Source of the DNA: Minutocellus sp. GHC0000111
Taxonomy: Eukaryota
Length of the DNA: 64,000 nt
NCBI GenBank assembly: GCA_977018835.1
Contig: OZ361260.1
Location: forward strand, 3,286,001 to 3,350,000
Direction: 5' to 3'
The position numbers were made by a program, and so were the translations under genes. The notes under the pieces are model-generated. The model searched no databases. It was given only the letters and a program-made list of their open reading frames with translations, and was not told where the DNA came from. Positions within the stretch are counted from its first letter, which is position 1; each line of letters begins with the position of its first letter. Shown here in pieces: positions 22,018-33,458 of the stretch.

Positions 22018-23836
22018 ATGAGCTCCCAACGCCCTCTGAACGCCGTGGCTACGGCCCTTGCCATGGCAAGCAGTGCCGCAGCATTCGCCCCCTCATCCCA
22101 AATTGCATCCATATCCTCTGTCGCATCTCGGACGTCGGTAGTTTCCAATCTGGCCGTCGACCCAACCTCTCTCGTCGATGCCATCGATACCACCTCATCG
22201 GTCCTTTCCGCCGGAGGAGCTAATGCCGAGGGCATCATCGACGGAGTTACCACCACCCTTTCGTCGGCTGCCGCCTCGGTCTCTGCCTCGTCGACCAATC
22301 TCCTCTCCTTTGCCGACCAGGGCCAAAACCTCGCCGGAATCTTCTTCCAGGCGTCTCTTCTGCCGTATCTGACCTTTCTGTACTTTCTGTCCTTCCGTGG
22401 CAATCGAATCCCGGCCTTGGGCAACTTTGGCTGGCAATTTTTGCTCCTCTTCGTGCTTTCGACCATTCCCGGTGGTATCATTAGCAAGAGCGTCTACGGC
22501 ACCAGTTTGGCCGATTGCGATTGGCTTCATGGCAGTGCCGAGGCTCTGCTGACCATCACCAACGTGTTGATTGTAAGTTTGATGTGTTTGAATGCACATG
22601 TTATCCTGATGTGTTCATGTTGGGAGCATAGAAGGTATTCCGTTGAATTGTGTCTTTATATGGTTTTCCCAACTTACTATACATGTTATCTATTTGCACT
22701 TTCGGATAAAGGCTCTTGGATTCAAGAGTGCCATGACGCAGGAGGAGCCGATCCCCGTCGGCAAGCCCCGTCTTTTGGCTCTGGGCGCCTTCGGTCTTTG
22801 GGTAGCAGCCGCCGCCGCTGGTCCTCAGATTGGCTTCGAGGGTCATTCCGCCTTTCTCTTTGGTGCCGGCGATCTCCCCGCCGACGCTGTCACCGCTTTG
22901 CCATGGGCGTCGCACGCCGAGCCCGTCAATGCCCTCTCCATCCCCACGTGGGCCATTCACTTTTCCAGCGTATTCGAATTCCTCTTTGCCATGAGCCTCA
23001 TTTGGGACTTTGCCGAGGCCACCGGTAACGAGAAGTGGAAGGGACTGACGTGGGGTATGCTGCCCCTTCATGCATCGGGCATCGCAGCCTGCACGTACCA
23101 CTTTTTTTTCAACCCATCCTCGCTTCAGTTCTTGGTCAGTACTCAGGCTGGTCTGACACTGCTGGGAAATATCACCGTTGCCATTGCCGCCTATCGCATT
23201 GCCGTTAGCAACGGATGGACCCTGCGCGAGCTGAACCCCTTCTCCAAGACGGAAACCAGCCCCGAGGGACTTGCCATTGACGAGGCTGCCGCCATGCCGT
23301 TGCAATTGACCGAGGCCAAGGAGTCCAATGCCGTCCTTGTTGCGAAGCTCTCGGCGGTGACCCTGCTGACGTCGTACATTGTCAAGTATGGTGAGCTTGG
23401 ACTGGATCTGCCCTTCAACCCCAACCCCATTGCCGGAGCTGCCATCGTCCTTGGAATTCCCGCCATCACTGGTGTTCAGTACTACCAAAAGTCGCAGGCA
23501 GAGGGTGGAGAGATGAGTCTGTTTGGTGGCGAGGGTGGAAACCCGCTGAGCATGGACGACGTGAAGAAATTTGGTGTTGCCGGAACTGTGGCATATGTGT
23601 TGACCGAGCTTGCCTTCTGGGCGGTCGCATTCCCCGTGGCATCGACCTTGTTCTATCAGTCGGTTGGGCATTGGCCGGATGTCATCAATGACGGTGGTGA
23701 TCGGGCAGCTGTTCTTGCGAGTGTCTTTGCCGGTGCTAATATCGCTCGATTGCTCGTACCACTTCGTTTTGGCGCTGCTCTTGCATTGGCACCGTGGGTC
23801 GATGAGAATCTCATCAACAGGGAGCAAAACGCATGA
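22018..23836 (+). CDS. Plastid-targeted DUF3593 + Ycf49/DUF2499 fusion membrane protein; intron 22573-22711
   Basis: Presequence SSAAAFAP; FFQASLLPYLTFLYFL...LADCDWLHGSAEALL (DUF3593); NALSIPTWAIHFSSVFE...WGMLPLHASGIAACTYH (Ycf49-like). A phase-0 GTAAGT...AAG intron joins the frames. Confidence 0.85.
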
Positions 23837-24366
23837 GAAGATGGGTGGTGGTAGACTAACAGATTTACCAGTACCGGTACGACCGAAATGAAGTGGAGGG
23901 CTCTCAGATCAGCATTTCCCTGGTGATGCCCAACCACCGGCACATACCGGTACATACAGCTGCAGCTGTATGCTAACATGCTAAAACGCAATTCCACAAC
24001 CAATCGAATAGAAATACAATGCCTGTCTCATTACGCAATCTACTAATACCGGTATGACTGTACTGGTGGCCAAGCGTGCGAGAGGAGAGGGAAGCGAAGT
24101 GGCGACGACGAGAAGGACAAAAAAATTCCAGCACAAACGCGGAGAAGAGCTTTTTCCATGCGCTGACGCATTTTCACTGACGATGCATGGCGACCGACAA
24201 AAAGTCGTCATCATCAACCCCGAGACCATCGATCCCAACTCGGCCGGACGTGCCTCTTTCACAATTTGTGGCTGGAGCAGCGCCTCCACCTCCCAAACAC
24301 GCACCGTCTTTCATTCTACTTGCTCTCATAGATTTACAATTCTGTATATAATCGCGACAACAAAAT

Positions 24367-25320
24367 ATGTCCGCTGCTACCGTGCAACAAACAATGGAGG
24401 CCGCTCTTGCCGGCGAGCCGGAGGCCGTCGTCATGGCATTGCTCTCAGCTGTCTTTGCCATGGCTCTCGCCGTCGCATTCAAGGGCCTCGTCTTGGGAGC
24501 TCCCAAGTCGGCCATGAAGGCCGACGAGTTCCAGGACTTTAAGCTCGTCAAGAAGGAGATCGTCAGCCACAACACTCGTCGGTTTACCTTTGCATTGCAA
24601 ACCCCCACCACGCGACTGGGATTGCCCATCGGACAGCACATTACCCTCCGCTTTACGGATGCCAATGGGAAGAAGCACCAGCGCAGCTACACTCCCGTGA
24701 CCGGAGACGAGACCCTCGGCTTGGTCACCTTTGTGATCAAGATTTACAAGGCCGGCGTCCACCCCAAGTTCCCCGAGGGTGGCAAGATGAGTCAGCACCT
24801 CGATTCGCTCAGCATTGGGGACAGCATTGAGATGAAGGGTCCCAAGGGCCACCTGACTTACCTCGGACGGGGCACCTTCACGGTCAAGCAGATGCGCAAG
24901 CCGCTCCAGACCCGCACCGCCAAGCACTTTGGCCTGATCGCCGGCGGTACCGGCATCACGCCCTGCCTGCAGATCATCCATGCCGTCCTTTCCGATCCCA
25001 AGGACAGCACCACCACGCTCAGCCTGCTGTATGCCAATGTGAGCGAGGACGACATTCTGCTGCAGGAGGAGCTGGATGAGACGGCCAAGAAGTACCCCGG
25101 TCGGTTCAAGGTCCATTACACACTGGACAAGGCACCCAAGGGATGGGCCTACTCGGAGGGATTCATCAACAAGGATATGATTGAGAAGCACCTCCCGGCT
25201 CATGCCAAGGATGGATCGTCGCAGGTACTCATGTGCGGTCCGCCGCCGATGCTCAAGTTTGCCTGCATTCCCGCACTTACCGAGCTGGGTTTCACCGAGG
25301 ATGATTACTTTTCCTTCTAA
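24367..25320 (+). CDS. NADH-cytochrome b5 reductase
   Basis: HNTRRFTFAL, LGLPIGQHI, RSYTPVT, KIY, GGKMSQHL, GPKG, IAGGTGITP and MCGPPPM, plus an N-terminal anchor. Confidence 0.95.
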   Translation: MSAATVQQTMEAALAGEPEAVVMALLSAVFAMALAVAFKGLVLGAPKSAMKADEFQDFKLVKKEIVSHNTRRFTFALQTPTTRLGLPIGQHITLRFTDANGKKHQRSYTPVTGDETLGLVTFVIKIYKAGVHPKFPEGGKMSQHLDSLSIGDSIEMKGPKGHLTYLGRGTFTVKQMRKPLQTRTAKHFGLIAGGTGITPCLQIIHAVLSDPKDSTTTLSLLYANVSEDDILLQEELDETAKKYPGRFKVHYTLDKAPKGWAYSEGFINKDMIEKHLPAHAKDGSSQVLMCGPPPMLKFACIPALTELGFTEDDYFSF

Positions 25321-25533
25321 GCTAAAAACATTGCCTTGTTGAAAGTTGAGCGAAGCGAAATGGAATGACAGTAACGGAATATTAGCTTTCTACTCTAACT
25401 ACGCAGCCATCGGCATTCTTTCCTGGAATATTTGACCATATTGCGCGAAATGGCATAGCATTGCAATTCGATGTCGACTTTGCCTTCTATTGGCGCATTA
25501 GTTGCCAAGATCTTCCGCCACTCCAATACTCAA

Positions 25534-26486
25534 TTAACGCTCCATGGCCTCCGTCCGTGGGGCCTGCTGCTTTTCACGAAGGTCAATCTCGTGGTTGACC
25601 TGGGCAGACATACAACCGCTTACGCAGCAGAAGGTCACATCAGCAATGCCATTGACGATGCTGATACAGGCCCTCTCTCCATCCCAATCGAAGCAAATGC
25701 CAATGCAGCTGAGAATTACGGCAAAACACATCAAACAGTTGGAACAGCGGATGAGACGGACATCGTCCTCGTCAAGACCAAGACCATATTTGTCGCGGAT
25801 CAGCATGGAGTTGGTACTAGCAGCAAGGCCTGGGCATATGCACGCCTCCAGGCACATGCAGGGGACAGGGCAGGCGCTATCACCGCACTTTCCAGGCTGC
25901 AAGCAACAGCAGCCACCAAAGTACCCCTGACAACATTTGTAATTGCTCCACCCAGATCCGGGCTCAATGTGATTCAGTGCCTTCTTCCGCAGGTGAGTCT
26001 GTGCACACGGGAAGCAAATCATACTAGAGATCCAACAAGGACAGGCCTTGAATGGCGCCTGACACATGGTGATGGCGAATTTGTTGCTGTTGCCAGCGTA
26101 AGGGCCAAAAGCTGCCCCATACTTTCCTGGTATGGTAAGATTAGATAGAAAGATCGATAAGCAGGTGAGAATGTTATATTGCCAGCAAGGAAATCGGACC
26201 AAGTCGTCAAACGGTCACATGATATCGTGCGGTGTCGACATTCGCGTTGGAACAAAAGATAGAATGGGAGGATCGAATGGCAGGTGAGAATGGTATATTG
26301 AAATGTTGTCAACAAGGAAATTGGACCAAGTCGTCAAACGGCACATGATATCGTGCGGTGTCGACATTCCATAATTGTAGCCGTGGAACAGCAACCAGAA
26401 GATCAACAGCAGAACAAGCAAGGGCAGACCACACCTTTCGCCTCGTCCGGGGACAGTGGCTCGCTGGAAAAGCAAAAGAGGCACAT
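25534..26486 (-). CDS. PLAC8 cysteine-rich protein; exon 1 26486-26435, intron 26434-26127
   Basis: Exon 1 MCLFCFSSEPLSPDEAK-G|GT splices in phase 1 to CAG|GAAAG (GKYGAAFG). The body is Cys-rich: CFPCAQTHLR, YKCCQGY, CMCLEACICPG, IRDKYGL, GCMSAQVNHE. Confidence 0.85.
26143..26369. repeat. Imperfect ~120-bp tandem duplication inside the PLAC8 intron
   Basis: CAAGGAAAT(C/T)GGACCAAGTCGTCAAACGG(T)CACATGATATCGTGCGGTGTCGACATTC occurs at about 26186 and 26312, each preceded by AGATAGAA...GCAGGTGAGAATG. Confidence 0.85.
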
Positions 26487-26869
26487 GAGATGTGTATGTT
26501 TTGCTGTGATTTGAATTAACTCTAAAAGAAGGAGAGGAGTCACCACGGCAATAAGTGACGAGAGGGCGACTGAGGGCGAGAGGGCGGGGGTTGGCGGTGG
26601 CGCATGGCGCGGTTTCGGAGAATTGTACGAGGTCTATCTTAAGACACTAGTATCTCGCAGAACCACATGCTATGAGCTATGTAGAAATCAGTGAAAGATC
26701 AAGGTAGTTTATTTATCACTCTATCGAGCTCGCAGATGGCGGGCTTTTCTGTCCCTGCGAAATGACAACAGCATCGATCGAATCTCCAAAATTCAATCGA
26801 CGGAGCGACATCGAAGCATCAACGATCACCACCAATAACTGATAGCACAACATAAGTAACACACAGATA

Positions 26870-27658
26870 ATGGGCCAAGGAACATCCAAACTTCGTGCTG
26901 ATGCCGGCCTGGCTGATCCCACAACTGCAATCGACGGAGCCGCGCCCACATCAGAGGCTGGCACCTACACCGTGAGCCGAGGCAATTCTGAAGTCGAGCA
27001 TCAGCTCTCCAAAGCAGGCGGGGCCGATTCAACCGCTGAGATGTCTTCCGCGGCATTCGATGATCTGCCTCTGGGATTTGATGTGCTGTCGGTCCACAAC
27101 ACATCCACACCAAGTGTCTGCGCATCGGTTGCTCAAAACGACGGGTTGATGGACGACGGAACTCCTTCCCTCGTGGCCAGAGTCGCCGCGGACGAATCAC
27201 GTAGAAATTGGACGGTGTGTTGGGTTGACAAGCCCACTCATTCATCTCAGGCCGAGGATCCCGAAGCGTCCAAGGCATCTAGTTCCAAGCCATGCCGAAA
27301 GTGTGAAATTGAAGTGTCGGAAGGACGACATTCAGCCGTTGTGAAGGGTTGCGAGATCCATTCCAACCCGAAGGAAGACGTTGGTGTCCTGTCGTCCGAT
27401 GTCCTTCTCAAATTGGAGAAACCTGTTGGCATGGGTGAACTTTTCGCGACTCATTGTTGCACCCTGCTGGATGGCGAATCATCCGAAACCAGCAGTCCCA
27501 TTGCAGCATGGAAATGGTCCCACCCAATGGCAAGTAAGATGGATTTTGCCATCGCCAAGGGAGCTGATCTCACCCTTCATTTCATCCTGTTGGTGGTGAT
27601 GAACATCGTCCAGAAGGACAAGATGCTTGGTGTCACTCAGACTGGCGATGTTGTTTAG
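26870..27658 (+). CDS. Hypothetical protein with N-myristoylation-like start; possible LURP-one/tubby-like fold
   Basis: MGQGTSK start; C-terminal IAKGADLTLHFILLVVM resembles the tubby/LURP-one terminal helix. Confidence 0.55.
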   Translation: MGQGTSKLRADAGLADPTTAIDGAAPTSEAGTYTVSRGNSEVEHQLSKAGGADSTAEMSSAAFDDLPLGFDVLSVHNTSTPSVCASVAQNDGLMDDGTPSLVARVAADESRRNWTVCWVDKPTHSSQAEDPEASKASSSKPCRKCEIEVSEGRHSAVVKGCEIHSNPKEDVGVLSSDVLLKLEKPVGMGELFATHCCTLLDGESSETSSPIAAWKWSHPMASKMDFAIAKGADLTLHFILLVVMNIVQKDKMLGVTQTGDVV

Positions 27659-28006
27659 ATTGGTGTAACATTTACTGCTGAGTGCCGTACACCGCAGAGA
27701 TTAAAGGCAGCACTAGCATGTGCCTCTTCACCGCTATCTCGCTCATAGAAAGATCATGTGGCATAGTCAACACGAGAGTCACATGGCTACGATTATTTAA
27801 GCGAAACATGTAACAGCAAATTGAGCATAAATCCAGAAAGATGCACCTTTTGTGTAGATGCGGCAAAGCTTATTTAGTTAAGTAGCCCATCATGTTTCCA
27901 ATACGGGTACCGGAGTACGAGGATCGGCGGCAGCACAATCGAAGCGACTGAAGGCATCCTCAGCCGCACAACCCAGCCGCCATCTCCGACCACGAAACCC
28001 CGCATG

Positions 28007-30276
28007 CGAGGTCAGATTCGCGAGAAATCTCATGCTGAAATATTTAAGAAAATGGCTATTTTTACTCTAATTTTGATTTATCTTCATGTGAAACAATAAT
28101 TCGGATAAGACTTTAGATTTCAGCGGCTCTAATCAAATGGACGCGTTCGTGCGACGCGACGGTTCGGCCTCCATCTCGTCTTCATCTTGAACGATGGCAT
28201 GATACTCGCCTCGGATCGAAAGTACGATGCATTCGTCCCGGATCTCGCACCACAGCCAATCCGGGATGAGCTTGAGCTTCTTTAGCTCCCGCTTCACGCC
28301 GTTGAACTTGTAGATGAAGGTAACTGAGGAGTGGAACATCTCCGCGGCCTTGTCGTACACCGATTCAGTTATTGCCACGACATCATCCATGTCGAGGGGC
28401 ATGTTCTCGGCCCTTATCGCCCGGCAGACGAGTCGACTGACGACATTGAGGAGCATGTGCTTCTCAAAATCCTCGGGCCCGTCAATCTTGAGAGTTTTTT
28501 CCTGGTCAATGATGATGGCCAAGACAGCGGTGAGTATGTGTTCAATCCATTTGTGTCTCGGGCGGAAGTCGAAGCTGAGCATTTCGATGACGCGATCGGC
28601 ATACTTGGACTGGTATACTGCTTCCCAACGAGTGCCGATGATTCATCTGATTCGGCCGCCTTCCGTTCTGTCATCGACGATCTTGCAACGGCGACCCGGC
28701 GGTATGCTGCACCATGTCTCTTTGCAATTGCCAAGTGCAGGGAGCAGGCAAAGGTGGACTATTCGGTGCTGTCCAGCGCAGAGCATGGTGCACGATTTTT
28801 GGGATGGATGAAGGCGTATGGTGCTCTACCTGCATCCGAGAAGGCGATGTGGGAGATGAAGAGGAGATCTCATCTGGCTATGCAGCCATACATTCGAGAT
28901 GTTATTGTTGATGCTCTGATACGAAATCCTCGGGAATCTTGGCGGGAGCTGGAGGTTGATGTCAACTTTTGGTGTTCCTACTCGGCAATACGGCGGTGGA
29001 TAATGTCGCGGGAAGGGTTCCGGTACTATGCCGAAAGGATCATCCCTCTCCTTACTACCCATCAGATGGAGAAACATTTGGTATTTGCGCGGAAATTCCG
29101 AAACAATTGGGGGCTCGGCGGTGGCAAGTTTCTCCTTATTATGTTCGATGAGAAGTGGTTTTGGGGCTTGGTTCTTCGATCGTATGCCAAGCAAGTTGCA
29201 GAATTGGGTATTGATCCTCGGTCCTTCTCGGCATATCACCGAAATCACATCAACAAGTGCATGGTGGTGGCTGTCACTGCCTTGGCTTTTATTGACAGCA
29301 TTGAGAATGGCGGCATTGCGTTCAAGCTTGGACTTTTTCGGGCTCAGGCGCATAAAATTGCGAGGCAGATGGTAAGGGAGGCGGTGCGGCAGGCAGATGG
29401 TAGAATCAAATATTGCGGCCCGGTGGTTCGGAAGAAAGACGATCTATACCTTGTGGATTGCGCGGTGACTGGATGCAGCCATGGCACCCTTGATAATCCC
29501 AAGTTCCCACTGAAAGCTTTATTTGAGAACAAGATGTTTCCGGATGTTGAGGCTTTGGTCGGACCTGGTGGAAAGTTTGAAGGCTATGTCCCTATTTTTC
29601 AGGGCGGCAATGCTGGGCCCCATGCCGAGACTGAATTTGTGGAACATGTGGAAGGATACTGTCGGGACAAGGGATGGCGTTGGGAACCTCAGGCCCCGCA
29701 AATGCCCCATATGAATGTTCTTGATCTGTCTGTTTTCCCTTGCATGTCAAAGCGGCATACAATGTTGAGCCGCGATCGGGAGGGGCTGAAGGTTTTGACA
29801 GAAGATCAGACTTGGGATGCAGCGGAGGAAGTTTGGATGGGGCTGGAAAACTGGAAGATCGCATCGGCATACATCCAGGCTCATAGAATTGCAAAGAAGG
29901 TAATCGTTGCAAAAGGCAACAATGATTTTCTTGGAAACGGTGAAGGCATGCATGTTGGGGTGCGAAAGGATTTCAGGCCGACTGAAAATGGCATGGTTCG
30001 GATAGATGGGAAAATTATCGCTCCTCCTCCTGCTGATCCAACCATGGATAATTAGTCCTGCGGTGCTTTTAAGTTATGTTATGTTTAAAATAATACTAGA
30101 TTATTTAGATTCGAGCTATATTTGTGCTACTACACACACATGCCGTACATGCATGTGTAGTGCTCTCTTGTCAGTTTTGATGGTTCCGGCTTTACATGCA
30201 TGTGTCCGTGTCCGGGTTGCGGGCCCAAAAATCGACATTTTTTGGTCCGGGCCCTTTTCTCGCGAAACGGACTTCG
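28007..30276 (+). mobile_element. IS630-Tc1-mariner (plant/oomycete mariner-like) DNA transposon
   Basis: 21-bp TIRs CGAGGTCAGATTCGCGAGAAA (28007-28027) and TTTCTCGCGAAACGGACTTCG (30256-30276), 3 mismatches. Right flank is TA, left flank TG. Encloses a transposase ORF. Confidence 0.75.
28331..30055 (+). CDS. Mariner-type DDD transposase, second catalytic Asp replaced by Gly (true start uncertain)
   Basis: FDEKWF (D1), FQGGNAGPH (usually QxDNAxPH) and QAPQMPHMNVLDLSVF (D3, with 38 residues between positions 2 and 3). Confidence 0.85.
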   Translation: MEHLRGLVVHRFSYCHDIIHVEGHVLGPYRPADESTDDIEEHVLLKILGPVNLESFFLVNDDGQDSGEYVFNPFVSRAEVEAEHFDDAIGILGLVYCFPTSADDSSDSAAFRSVIDDLATATRRYAAPCLFAIAKCREQAKVDYSVLSSAEHGARFLGWMKAYGALPASEKAMWEMKRRSHLAMQPYIRDVIVDALIRNPRESWRELEVDVNFWCSYSAIRRWIMSREGFRYYAERIIPLLTTHQMEKHLVFARKFRNNWGLGGGKFLLIMFDEKWFWGLVLRSYAKQVAELGIDPRSFSAYHRNHINKCMVVAVTALAFIDSIENGGIAFKLGLFRAQAHKIARQMVREAVRQADGRIKYCGPVVRKKDDLYLVDCAVTGCSHGTLDNPKFPLKALFENKMFPDVEALVGPGGKFEGYVPIFQGGNAGPHAETEFVEHVEGYCRDKGWRWEPQAPQMPHMNVLDLSVFPCMSKRHTMLSRDREGLKVLTEDQTWDAAEEVWMGLENWKIASAYIQAHRIAKKVIVAKGNNDFLGNGEGMHVGVRKDFRPTENGMVRIDGKIIAPPPADPTMDN

Positions 30277-30460
30277 TACATGTATCCGTTCGCGGGATGT
30301 TCTCTCAACCCGTGCAAAACAATCCACGTTTCTCATTCTTTTCCCAAGCACAATAATCCAAGTTCCATTTCTCTTTCGAAAGCCCCCTTCCAATCCAGTA
30401 CCTTTGCGCGCCAAAAATATGCATTCTTTTCCGTTCTTTTTTCTTGTTTCGTCAGAAAAT

Positions 30461-31444
30461 TTATTTCTTGGCAGCGGCAAGCTCCTCACGCATGGCATCG
30501 ATGGTCTCCTTGTAGGCCTCGACGGTGCGGGGCTCCTTCAGGATGGCACTTCCAGCAACGAACATGTCGACACCGGCCTCGCAGACCTCCTTGATGTTGT
30601 CGACCTTGACACCTCCATCGATCTCGAGACGGCAGTCAATGCCGGCCTCGTCGATGAGCTTGCGAGCCTCGCGGGCCTTGTCGAGGGTGGCGGGGATGAA
30701 GGCCTGTCCACCGAAGCCGGGGTTGACGCTCATGAGGAGGATGATGTCGAGCTTGTCGAGGACGAAGTTGGCGTAGTCGAGGGAGGTGGCGGGGTTGAAG
30801 ACGAGGCCGGCCTTGCAGCCGCCGTTCTTGATGAGCTGGAGGGAGCGGTCGACGTGGTTGGTGGCCTCGGGGTGGAAGGTGATGTAGGAGGCACCGGCGT
30901 CGATGAAGTCGGAGATGGCGGCGTCAACGGGGCTGACCATGAGGTGGACGTCGATGGGGGCGGTAACGCCGTGGTCGCGGAGGGCCTTGCAGACCATGGG
31001 GCCGATGGTGAGGTTGGGGACGTAGTGGTTGTCCATGATGTCGAAGTGGACGACGTCGGCGCCGGCCTCGAGGACGTTGTCGACCTCCTCGCCGAGCTTG
31101 GCAAAGTCGGCGGAAAGGATGGAGGGGCGATGAGGTAGTCCTTGTCTCCCCAAACGTTGAGGGAGGTGGAGGCGCAGGCGGGTCCCTGGGAGACCTGTTG
31201 TGTCATCAACCGATTGATAGATCAAAGGAAGTGTGTTAGTTCACAAGATGATGGGATGTATCGGAGATTCATTCATACCAATTTGTATTATAGATGCAGC
31301 ATTTCTCGCTACCACCGAACAATGCAGTCGACCGATTGACAATTCCATCCCGAACATATTTTGTGTCACTTATTCCAGCATAAAACTTACGGGAGCGAAA
31401 GCGGCGGCCGAAGTGGCGAGGAGGGCGGCGATAGCGAGCTTCAT
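30461..31444 (-). CDS. RPE: Plastid ribulose-phosphate 3-epimerase; intron 31390-31195; 1-nt deletion in a C-run near 31125
   Basis: Exon 1 [65 protein letters not shown] and VAGSA. Confidence 0.95.
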
Positions 31445-32307
31445 CTTGGTTGTATTGGGGGTTTGGATTGAGATACGAGGACTAAAGGAATGGTGGTACC
31501 GATGGCAAGGCGGAGAAAATCGTCACATACGTGTTTTGATCGCATACTCCTGAAAAGTTAAGTCGCATGCTCAAAATGCGGCTCTCAGGTGACGGCCAGA
31601 CGAAGGGTGGAGGTAGGTGAGCGAGCGAGCAAACCGAACTGCATGAACAACCCGCATAATTGATCGTGTCACATCAACCAATCATCGACTTCAACACCCA
31701 ATCACAATACCGCCAGCAGTCAAATAATAGAGCCGACCATGCTAGGAACCACATTTTCCGCCGGCACTACGCCAATGAAGTCATCTCCCTTGATCCGCCG
31801 TCACTCCACGATGCCCGCTGACCTCTCCCCCGAAACTGAAAAGTGGCACCTGCTTCTCAACTGGTGATTGGAAAACTTGGAAACACGAAGTTGGCTGGAT
31901 GACGCCGTACTTCTCCCTCGGAGTGTGGTTGTCAATTGCAATGGTTTGGTTGCACACTCATTATTGATGAATTGTCAAGGCGGTACATGTAGATGGAAAC
32001 TAGAATCGCTTCAGTTTTGGAGCTGAAAGAAAAATAATTGGTGTAGTAGATAGCTCAAATTTACCGTGTGCCTCGCGCGTGTCCACCTCGGTCTATCAAC
32101 AGTGAGCATGTACATGTAGTACGAGAACGCCAATTGAGCTCTTCGATGGATGACAAAGGTTCCCCACCCCGACCGACCGACTGATGTTCGCAATCAGTCC
32201 TCAGACTCGAAAAGACACAACTTTCGGTTGCATCGAACGCCGCTTTGAGGGAGAGGAACGACCCCTGAGCATTCCAGGAGCACCTATCAACCAAAATAAA
32301 GGCATGG

Positions 32308-33216
32308 TTGTGTGTCGTGATGCATTCAGGATGCAAAAGAATGGCGCATGTAACCGCTCAACGATGGCAACGTCGAATTTTACCACTAAACCACTGGCAC
32401 ACATTTGACTCGATCGACTGCATGCAGACCGAACCAATACAAAGCAATTGTCGGAAAGGGAAGTCTCCCGAAATTTCTCTGTGCATTTTGAGGATATCAA
32501 AATATTTAACCACAAGTCAATCAAGGGAGATCTCCGCTCCACGGCCTTCCTTTGCCTTCCGCCAGCGGATCTCATCTTCGGCGGGTGTGAGGATATCGAA
32601 ATCGATTTGTTCCAACGCCGCCCCGCCGACCTGTATCATGGGCTGCAGGCGCCGATTCTCCACTGCTACTAGTACTGTGGCTGTTCCGGGACCGGACAGC
32701 CACAATAACGAAATTCACCCGAAGCAATCGCGCCGGCAAGGATTGTCCGCCCACCGCCGCCGCCGGCGCCGGCGCCATCGAGGTCGAACCCAAGGCGATG
32801 GGGACAAGCTTCCCCGTGCTACAACCCCCGACACGCCAAGTCCTATCATTGAGGTCCATTTTCGTGTCAATGTTGGACGGGTGCCGTCATGTGAGGAGAC
32901 CATGAAGCATCTGAATTCCACTGCCCCCTCTGGTTGGTCCGTCCAGAAAGTGTCTTACGACACCAACATCCATTTATTCACGGCGTCCGTCATGATTACA
33001 AATGCGCAGGAATGGGACAGCATCAGCATGAGAGACCGCCACATTCAGCTTGGTAATATTGCTCTCCAACCTTTCATGCGCTGCTCGGGATGCAACAAAC
33101 TCGGCAAGAACATGCTGCTTTGTGGCGCATGCAAGTCGGTCACATATTGTGGCGAGGATTGCCAGAAGGACCACTGGACCGACATCCATCGAGAGCAATC
33201 AAAAGGCAGCTCTTAA
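32308..33216 (+). CDS. MYND-type zinc finger protein (start uncertain)
   Basis: C-terminal CSGC...CGACKSVTYCGEDCQKDHWTDIHREQS; the final Cys is replaced by Ser. Confidence 0.7.
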   Translation: MCVVMHSGCKRMAHVTAQRWQRRILPLNHWHTFDSIDCMQTEPIQSNCRKGKSPEISLCILRISKYLTTSQSREISAPRPSFAFRQRISSSAGVRISKSICSNAAPPTCIMGCRRRFSTATSTVAVPGPDSHNNEIHPKQSRRQGLSAHRRRRRRRHRGRTQGDGDKLPRATTPDTPSPIIEVHFRVNVGRVPSCEETMKHLNSTAPSGWSVQKVSYDTNIHLFTASVMITNAQEWDSISMRDRHIQLGNIALQPFMRCSGCNKLGKNMLLCGACKSVTYCGEDCQKDHWTDIHREQSKGSS

Positions 33217-33458
33217 TTGACTGCTACAAAATTCCCCTGTAGCAACCAACACCTAATATTTCAATTACGAAACTACAATCGTAATAAAATAAGTACAGGT
33301 AGATCTAGTGTAATCACAATTATACTTTCTAGATCAAGTTAAGTTTTGGTACTGACACCTTTAGTGGATCTACCAGCAAATACATAGGCAAATACATTTA
33401 TTTTGATATTTTTTTTGCATAGAATCAATCATATACATACACTCACACCTACATAAAA

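Noticed and set aside
22601..31138. Long antisense ORFs (22601..23827, 24445..25203, 30200..31138)
   Set aside because: Shadows of GC3-rich genes on the opposite strand with no independent motifs.
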